Shown here in pieces: positions 58,171 through 64,000 of a stretch of 64,000 bases of DNA. The first letter of the stretch is position 1; each line of letters begins with the position of its first letter. The notes below the pieces were generated by a model that saw only the letters and a program-made list of their open reading frames with translations, was not told where the DNA came from and searched no databases. A program made the position numbers and the translations under genes. Origin of the DNA: a virus. The stretch is from positions 40,022 to 104,021 of the IMG/VR virus record IMGVR_UViG_3300037628_000643; one strand, 5' to 3'.

Positions 58171-58683
58171 ATGAATAAAAAAATATTAATAGCAGGAATG
58201 GCTCGTCAAGGAAAAGACAGTCTGTGCGAAATCCTCCGTGACAAATACGGATTAACATTCGCAAGCTCAAGCTATACAGCTGCAGAAGAGTTCATCTTCG
58301 ACAAGCTTAAGAAAGAAAAACATTATCAGTCTGTCTCTCAATGCTTTAACGATAGGCATGCAGGAGAAAACAGGAAGCTCTGGTTCGACTTAATCACAGA
58401 GTTTAACCATGAAGACCCTGCGAGACTAGCGAAGATTATCACGTCAAAAAACGACATCTACTGCGGACTTAGAAGTAAAGTAGAGCTAGAAGAATGTATG
58501 AAGCAGGGCGTGTTTGATCTAACATTTTGGGTTGATGCATCAGATCGCGTCTCATATAGAGAAAGCCCTGACTCAATTACCATTTCAGCTAAAGATTGTA
58601 TGCATATTATTGATAACAATGGCACACTTGATGACCTTGAAGCTCAGGCTGATAAAATATATCAGATGATCAATTTGTGCTAG
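58171..58683 (+). CDS. Deoxynucleoside monophosphate kinase-like protein
   Basis: IAGMARQGKD P-loop, GLR...E, IIDNNGTLDDL. Confidence 0.75.
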   Translation: MNKKILIAGMARQGKDSLCEILRDKYGLTFASSSYTAAEEFIFDKLKKEKHYQSVSQCFNDRHAGENRKLWFDLITEFNHEDPARLAKIITSKNDIYCGLRSKVELEECMKQGVFDLTFWVDASDRVSYRESPDSITISAKDCMHIIDNNGTLDDLEAQADKIYQMINLC

Positions 58684-58717
58684 AATGTTTCTACGTTTTT
58701 AATGAGTAGAAATATTT

Positions 58718-58981
58718 ATGTTAGATTTAGAGTTAGAACACTTCCCTAATTCTGGGGATTCGGGTGATATGGCTTCAATAAGTTCGGATAATGATTTGAA
58801 GCTTGCCATGTATAGGCATAAGATTGATAACCATAATGATGAGCTTCCGTCTAACGGATTCTGTAATTATTGCGGAACTTCTGTTGAAAGTGGCAAATTT
58901 TGTCCTGCTGAAGAAAATGGCTCATGCGCTACGGATTATCAGCGCGAACAAGAGGCTAAGATGAGAAATGGCAGACGATAA
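58718..58981 (+). CDS. TraR/DksA-like C4 zinc-finger protein
   Basis: DSGDMA (DxxDxA) plus CNYC...C...C. Confidence 0.7.
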   Translation: MLDLELEHFPNSGDSGDMASISSDNDLKLAMYRHKIDNHNDELPSNGFCNYCGTSVESGKFCPAEENGSCATDYQREQEAKMRNGRR

Positions 58982-59141
58982 GAAGATTAGATTTAAAATT
59001 AAATTGAGATTTGGGTATATGCCTATGCTTTATTTTGTGTACTTCTTAAGTGAACTTAGGTTTATTGATATTGACAAAGGCGTAAATTTTGTTTGTAAGC
59101 ATTTTACGAAAATAGTTGTTGACAAAGATTTAAAGGCGTGA
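58968..59141 (+). CDS. Small hypothetical protein (57 aa, not in the ORF track)
   Basis: Open from ATG 58968 to TGA 59141. Confidence 0.4.
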   Translation: MADDKKIRFKIKLRFGYMPMLYFVYFLSELRFIDIDKGVNFVCKHFTKIVVDKDLKA

Positions 59142-59180
59142 GATGATAGCCTTAAATCAATCGCACATACGGAGATTTAT

Positions 59181-59414
59181 ATGTCATTCTATTCAACAGA
59201 CAGCCAAGAACATCAAGAAGCAATAGGTTTTTTACCAAAGGAACATGAGTGGATCGATGATTGGCTTGATGAGCCTGTTGGAGCTATTTTAAGTGAAGAG
59301 ATTCGTTTTGTAGAAAACGAACAAATATTAAATGACATTGATGATCAAATCGGTGATCCAGATAGGTTAGCAATTCATGATATATTGCTTGAACAAGAAT
59401 TTTTAGGAGGATAA
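59181..59414 (+). CDS. Small acidic protein
   Basis: GGAG RBS; TTGACA at 59119 upstream. Confidence 0.55.
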   Translation: MSFYSTDSQEHQEAIGFLPKEHEWIDDWLDEPVGAILSEEIRFVENEQILNDIDDQIGDPDRLAIHDILLEQEFLGG

Positions 59415-59416
59415 TA

Positions 59417-59983
59417 ATGAAAATTACACTAAGAAAATCAAAGGCACTTCAGAGTGCAATTCTGGAGCAAATGGAAGACATTTTTGCACCAGATTCTGTG
59501 AATATTGGTGAATTCGAAGATTTAGATTCCGTGATGGTTGTTGCAAAATCAGCTCATGAGAGTTACGTTAATCAATATACTGAGCTTAATGGTGTTTTTT
59601 ATGAGCTTCGTAAGTTGACATCTGATGAGAATTATCGTAGCGGCGTAAGTGAAACATTATCTAATGTTGCTATGGTCGAAAAAAGGATTATCTTCCTTGT
59701 GCAATTTTCAAAGGCAAAGCCAGCCTTAGAGCAGACTTTGTTGAGCGGTAAGATTGCAAAATTATCACTCGGAGACACAACAGGAAGCTACGGAAGGTCA
59801 GTTGATTCTGTGTCAACGGGGATTTTATCTCAAGGTGCCATTGATATTTTTAAGACAAATGTATCTGATCTTAAAAAAGAAAAGATTAAATTACAAGATC
59901 ACCTCGTAAATGTTAATTCGTCTGCCGAGATTGAAGTTTCTGAACATGTAGAAAAGGTGCTAACTAAGCACAATTTGATTTAA
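59417..59983 (+). CDS. All-helical coiled-coil protein of unknown function
   Basis: AGGAGG RBS; helical throughout. Confidence 0.7.
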   Translation: MKITLRKSKALQSAILEQMEDIFAPDSVNIGEFEDLDSVMVVAKSAHESYVNQYTELNGVFYELRKLTSDENYRSGVSETLSNVAMVEKRIIFLVQFSKAKPALEQTLLSGKIAKLSLGDTTGSYGRSVDSVSTGILSQGAIDIFKTNVSDLKKEKIKLQDHLVNVNSSAEIEVSEHVEKVLTKHNLI

Positions 59984-59989
59984 AAGGTT

Positions 59990-60248
59990 TTGCGTGTTTT
60001 GTTGTTTAAAAATGCGCCGTAGATAGAAGGTCTGGTCAAAAATATTCAGCTTTACAGCTGAACTAATGGAGATCGTGCTCTCTGGATATATAGGCTTAGG
60101 CCATGCTATTTGCTCCAGAATATAAGATCATGATGCTATTTGAACCTTGACTATTGATATTTGTCTTTTGCTTAGACTAGATCTTTTGTTTTCGTTAATG
60201 TATAATGTGACACGATTTAGGAGTCTCTCGCATATATCCAGATGAGCG
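59990..60248 (+). ncRNA. Candidate structured ncRNA with a periodic TTG-repeat loop
   Basis: GCTCTCTGGATATAT (60077-60091) pairs with ATATATCCAGA-T-GAGC (60232-60247); hairpin TTCAGC/GCTGAA; no ORF. Confidence 0.55.
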
Positions 60249-60286
60249 GTATATTTTGCCAAGCTCCATTTTTACAGGAGGCACTC

Positions 60287-60562
60287 ATGACAATAGTAAC
60301 CAAGCATGCTTTCGAAAGATGTAAAGAGCGCGTAGGATTGCCAAAAAGAGCAATACTAAGAATGGTTGAGTCTGCATATGTCAAAGGCAAGTCTCATTCT
60401 AATTTTCATGGTAGCTTCGGACGATATCTTGATGGTATATACCTGAAGGAAAGAAATGCAAATAATTTAAAAGTATGGAATTACAATGTGTTCTTATTCC
60501 ATGATGATGTTCTTATAACGGTTTTTGATGTTCCTTCTAAGTATAAGAAGGCTTCAAGGTGA
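60287..60562 (+). CDS. Hypothetical protein
   Basis: AGGAGG RBS; VTKHAFERCKER...LITV motif. Confidence 0.6.
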   Translation: MTIVTKHAFERCKERVGLPKRAILRMVESAYVKGKSHSNFHGSFGRYLDGIYLKERNANNLKVWNYNVFLFHDDVLITVFDVPSKYKKASR

Positions 60563-60566
60563 GTTC

Positions 60567-60643
60567 GGGCCAATAGCTTAATTGGTAAAGCAGACCCCTC
60601 ATAAGGGTAAGAAGGAGCGGTTCAAACCCGCCTTGGCCCACCA
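60567..60643 (+). tRNA. tRNA with CAT anticodon, probably tRNA-Ile2 (lysidine) rather than Met
   Basis: Cloverleaf GGGCCAA/TTGGCCC-A-CCA, loop CTCATAA, TTCAA T-loop; C4-G69 and C5-G68 TilS determinants. Confidence 0.85.
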
Positions 60644-60649
60644 TTTTCA

Positions 60650-60726
60650 GCATCTATAGCTCAATTGGACAGAGTAGCTGCCTTCTAAGCAGTTGGTTCC
60701 AGATTCGAATTCTGGTAGATGCGCCA
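60650..60726 (+). tRNA. tRNA-Arg(TCT)
   Basis: GCATCTA/TAGATGC-G-CCA, loop CTTCTAA, TTCGAAT T-loop. Confidence 0.92.
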
Positions 60727-60744
60727 CCAACTTAGGAGAGACTT

Positions 60745-60915
60745 ATGCAATGTTTAGATAGAGATAAGAGCCATAAGCTCTGCGGTTGTGATAGAAAAAC
60801 TTGTGAGCGCACAGGAAGAGATGTTCGTTGCAAACATCCAGAGGATATGGTTTTCTTTGATAATAAGTCAAATTATGTTTGTTTGTTGTGTGCAGAAAAA
60901 ATTATAAAGGAGTAA
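60745..60915 (+). CDS. Small Cys-rich protein (56 aa, not in the ORF track)
   Basis: AGGAG RBS; seven Cys. Confidence 0.5.
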   Translation: MQCLDRDKSHKLCGCDRKTCERTGRDVRCKHPEDMVFFDNKSNYVCLLCAEKIIKE

Positions 60916-60917
60916 AT

Positions 60918-61148
60918 ATGTTTCAATACAGAATTAAACCAACATCAGACTATATCCTTCTTGAGGGGTGGTATAGAAACCATTCGATCATGCGTGTATG
61001 GAATACTTTATCTAACTTAGGGTTTCGTTTTGAGATAGAAGAAGTAGAGGAGTTCATGGCAGCTCTAGATAAAGTTAAGCACCATAATGAACTTAGAGAG
61101 AGATGTATGAATGAAATTATCGCAAGAGCTAATGCATTGCCGTGGTGA
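60918..61148 (+). CDS. Hypothetical protein
   Basis: AAGGAG RBS before ATG 60918. Confidence 0.55.
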   Translation: MFQYRIKPTSDYILLEGWYRNHSIMRVWNTLSNLGFRFEIEEVEEFMAALDKVKHHNELRERCMNEIIARANALPW

Positions 61149-61277
61149 AAATCAACCTTGAAGAAGCGCTAAAGAAAAGAATAAAAGATCTTGAGTCTGG
61201 CAAGGTGTCGAAAGAAGACATAATAAAGACACTAATAAGGGCTGGGATATTAAACCATAAAGGAGGAGTAAAGCGTC

Positions 61278-61712
61278 TTGTCAAGATCGACTAAAAAGCA
61301 TTGGATAACAAAAGATTGCAATTCTTTTATGAAGAACTATGCCAACAGGAGACTTCGAAGGATTGCGATCAATGTTGATTGGAATAGGTGGTATGGACAT
61401 CCGTACGGATATATCGATCCTCACGGATGGTTTAATGACTGGCAAGAATCAGATGCAGAGGACGGCTACGCAGTAGAGACAAATATTCCTCTAAGTAATA
61501 ATTCATACAGAAAATATACTTCTCCATATGAGATTTCTGACCAAAAAGATAGGACATCTTTAAATGAAGTTAAAAGAGATGCTTATGAAGAGTTACATCC
61601 TACGGCAAAAGATTATTACTATTCATTTGTCAGGGTAAAAAGACCAGAGTCAAAGTTTAAAAGCGAACAGGATTACATTAACCACTACACGGTAATGTAC
61701 GGGAGAAAATAA
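61278..61712 (+). CDS. Hypothetical protein
   Basis: MSRS.KK...K..ANR..RR phage motif; AGGAGG RBS. Confidence 0.6.
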   Translation: MSRSTKKHWITKDCNSFMKNYANRRLRRIAINVDWNRWYGHPYGYIDPHGWFNDWQESDAEDGYAVETNIPLSNNSYRKYTSPYEISDQKDRTSLNEVKRDAYEELHPTAKDYYYSFVRVKRPESKFKSEQDYINHYTVMYGRK

Positions 61713-61722
61713 TGGAGGATTT

Positions 61723-62055
61723 ATGCTTGATAAAGTTAAAGAATTTTTCAGTACAGCTGAACCATTTGTGCCAACTGTAATATCACATTTTTGCCCGAAA
61801 GACAATTTCTGGGGAAACCACATCTCATGGAGCGAGTACAGTACACTTAGTTTTTATGGGCACAAAAATGTGTTGAAAGTAAATGATGTGTTTGCTCAAA
61901 AAATGAATAGTAACGAATATTGTGTTTTTCAGATTTTGAAAATAGGGTACAGTAGAGATCCGTCTGACATGTTTTTCGGTAATGCAAAAAACCTAGGGTA
62001 TATCAGTGATTTTCCTGATCTTTTGGCAAAATACCCACAACTTAAGGCTGGCTAG
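61723..62055 (+). CDS. Hypothetical protein
   Basis: GGAGG RBS; DPSDMFF motif. Confidence 0.6.
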   Translation: MLDKVKEFFSTAEPFVPTVISHFCPKDNFWGNHISWSEYSTLSFYGHKNVLKVNDVFAQKMNSNEYCVFQILKIGYSRDPSDMFFGNAKNLGYISDFPDLLAKYPQLKAG

Positions 62056-62057
62056 AT

Positions 62058-62714
62058 ATGGAACCACTTCAAAAATTCAAAAAGAACAGCTACGGAAATG
62101 ATTATGTTGTAGGCGATATTCATGGTATGTATGATTTGTTATTTGAAAAACTAAATAAAGTAAATTTTGTTTTTGACACAGATAGATTATTCTCTGTAGG
62201 CGATCTAATTGATAGAGGCCCAGATTCACAGAAATGCATGGATCTTTGTTATGAACCATGGTTCTTCGCAGTACGTGGTAATCATGAGCAAATGATGTTT
62301 GATGCTGTAGTTCATAAATTTGCAGATGGAGGTATGTGGATTGGCAATGGAGGTATGTGGTATATCGATGAGTGTTGTGATGATTTAGATGTCGTTATAC
62401 AGGACTTAAGTGAGAGGCTTCCGCTAGGTATTCAGGTTGAAACTGACAATGGGTTAGTTGGTATTGTGCATGCAGATGTTTATGTTAATGAGTGGGAAAA
62501 GAATTTTCAAGACATTGATTATAATCAAGCCCAATACATTCTTTGGAGTAGAAGTAGGATTGAGGGTCATAGTCATTTGACAGAAGTAATTGGGCTTGAT
62601 CGTTTGTATGTCGGTCACTCTGTCAGAAAAGAAAAAGTCATCATTGATAATGTTCATCATATTGATGCTGGATCATGTTTTTATAAAAATATTCATATTG
62701 AAAAAATATCTTGA
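62058..62714 (+). CDS. NinI/lambda-type Ser/Thr protein phosphatase
   Basis: GDIHG, GDLIDRG, VRGNHE, VHA, LWSR, GHS. Confidence 0.92.
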   Translation: MEPLQKFKKNSYGNDYVVGDIHGMYDLLFEKLNKVNFVFDTDRLFSVGDLIDRGPDSQKCMDLCYEPWFFAVRGNHEQMMFDAVVHKFADGGMWIGNGGMWYIDECCDDLDVVIQDLSERLPLGIQVETDNGLVGIVHADVYVNEWEKNFQDIDYNQAQYILWSRSRIEGHSHLTEVIGLDRLYVGHSVRKEKVIIDNVHHIDAGSCFYKNIHIEKIS

Positions 62715-62771
62715 CTTTTAAGATAAGGTAATTTAGAATCCTCTTAGATTAATATTTAAGAGGATTTTTTT
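62711..62771 (+). promoter_or_regulatory. Promoter overlapping a hairpin that contains the RBS
   Basis: TTGACT-N17-TAGAAT; AATCCTCTTA (62737-62746) / TAAGAGGATT (62757-62766) followed by T-run. Confidence 0.7.
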
Positions 62772-63731
62772 ATGACAGAGTTCAAGAAGTTTCCATCAAT
62801 AGAGCAGTTTCGCCATACAGTTAGAGCTGTAAAAAAGCATTGTGAGTACAATGAACTTAAGCTGCCGACTATCGAGTTTAAAGGCACAGTTAAACTTCAC
62901 GGGACAAATGCTGCGATAGGTTACGATCCAGTTGCGAACGAAGTGTTTGTTCAGTCAAGAAAGAATATCATTACGCCAGAGAATGATAACTACGGTTTTG
63001 CGGCTTTTGTTGAAGAGCGTAAGTCAAAAATATCAAAAGATATGTGGCTCGCATTTGGAAATGGCACAGAGACAGAGCATGTATTCGGAGAATTTTGCGG
63101 AGGAAATATCCAAGGTGGAGTTGGTGTTAGTGGGCTGGAAAAGATGTTTGTTATCTTTGATGCAGATCCTTTTGTGACGCAAAGCATGTGTATTCGACAC
63201 GAGAATATCCACTCTATCAATGACTTTACAACATTCAAATGCGAAATCGACTTCAATAACCCTGAATTTTCAATTGAAAAATTGCAAAAAATAACAGAAC
63301 AAGTTGAAGCGGAATGCCCTGTAGCCAAACACTTCGGTGTCGATAACGGAGTTGGCGAAGGTGTAGTCTGGAATGCAGAGTTCGAAGGTATGCATCTTTC
63401 ATTTAAAGTTAAAGGCGAAAAGCACAGCTCGTCAAAAGTGAAAAAATTAGCTTCTGTTGATGTGGAAAAAGTAAATTCCATCAATGAATTCGTTGAAAAA
63501 ACAGTGACAGAAAATCGCTTAAATCAAGGTGTCGAAGTGGTGTTTACTATGAATAACGAATCTCCAGACATCAAAAAGATGGGTGACTTCATTCGCTGGG
63601 TGTTTAATGATGTATTGAAAGAGGAAGTGGATACCCTGACTGAAAATGGATTGAGCAAAAAAGACATCGGGAGTAAAGTTTCATTAGCAGCACGAGATTG
63701 GTTTAAATCTTACTTGGATAAAAATCTATGA
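62772..63731 (+). CDS. RNA ligase (Rnl2-like)
   Basis: KLHGTN (motif I), QSR, FGEFCG, GEGVVW, FKVKG. Confidence 0.85.
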   Translation: MTEFKKFPSIEQFRHTVRAVKKHCEYNELKLPTIEFKGTVKLHGTNAAIGYDPVANEVFVQSRKNIITPENDNYGFAAFVEERKSKISKDMWLAFGNGTETEHVFGEFCGGNIQGGVGVSGLEKMFVIFDADPFVTQSMCIRHENIHSINDFTTFKCEIDFNNPEFSIEKLQKITEQVEAECPVAKHFGVDNGVGEGVVWNAEFEGMHLSFKVKGEKHSSSKVKKLASVDVEKVNSINEFVEKTVTENRLNQGVEVVFTMNNESPDIKKMGDFIRWVFNDVLKEEVDTLTENGLSKKDIGSKVSLAARDWFKSYLDKNL

Positions 63732-63967
63732 ATTGCATAAACTGCAAAGATGCAAGGAAGGTTGTTAACCGTAAGGATTCAGATAAGGTTGGATGTAGCT
63801 TGGCTCTTGTTGTTTCAAGAGTCGAGGAGGAAATAATAGCATCTGATATAAGTCATAAAAACGGATATATGTATGTGAACACGCTGCCATGCTCGGATGA
63901 TAAGGGTTTAATGAAAGTAGGTGTGCTTGTTCCTCATGATTATCTTTGTAGTATTCGTACACAATAA
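63728..63967 (+). CDS. Small Cys-containing hypothetical protein
   Basis: ATGA coupling; CINC. Confidence 0.5.
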   Translation: MNCINCKDARKVVNRKDSDKVGCSLALVVSRVEEEIIASDISHKNGYMYVNTLPCSDDKGLMKVGVLVPHDYLCSIRTQ

Positions 63968-64000
63968 TCATTTGTACATTAATAATGAACAGGAGGAAAT

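Noticed and set aside
60100-60225. CRISPR mini-array, tmRNA or a third tRNA in the non-coding gap
   Set aside because: Repeat units are only about 7 nt, and no cloverleaf, T-loop/CCA end or tag reading frame was recognised; kept as an unknown ncRNA candidate.
1-64000. Genome-wide TAG reassignment (alternative genetic code)
   Set aside because: Many genes end in TAG directly before the next gene's RBS or start, long genes are not fragmented in code 11, and no CTA-anticodon tRNA is seen.

Overview
A 64 kb AT-rich slice of a tailed dsDNA phage genome with a long non-contractile (siphovirus-type) tail. The host is probably Gram-negative, inferred from spanin-like lysis genes, an outer-membrane barrel-like moron, a TraR/DksA-like protein and sigma70 promoters. 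Layout: (1) 1-18.9 kb, + strand: fibre, neck and tail morphogenesis with a -1 frameshifted tail chaperone, then lysis. (2) 19-29.3 kb, - strand: SF2 helicase, Cas4-like nuclease, DUF669 SSB, Sak4-like ATPase and prim-pol. (3) 29.3-29.6 kb: AT-rich divergent control/origin region. (4) 29.6-64 kb, + strand: RuvC-like resolvase, ThyA, PhoH, DNA MTase, beta clamp, class II RNR, macrodomain, a NARP1-type NAD+ reconstitution pair, RNA ligase, two tRNAs and many small ORFs. Five free-standing homing-endonuclease genes are present. Main hidden signals: an in-frame bacterial SSB tail (LTGNDFDDFDSDEIPF) behind the TAG stop of the SSB gene, suggesting amber readthrough; a 230-nt group I intron splitting the catalytic Cys codon of nrdJ; a candidate ncRNA with 7-nt periodic TTG repeats downstream of a helical protein gene; a pilin-leader two-gene operon; an endonuclease that duplicated the MTase C-terminus; and a recurrent promoter-inside-hairpin architecture. 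All family calls come from motif recognition by eye; no searches were run.
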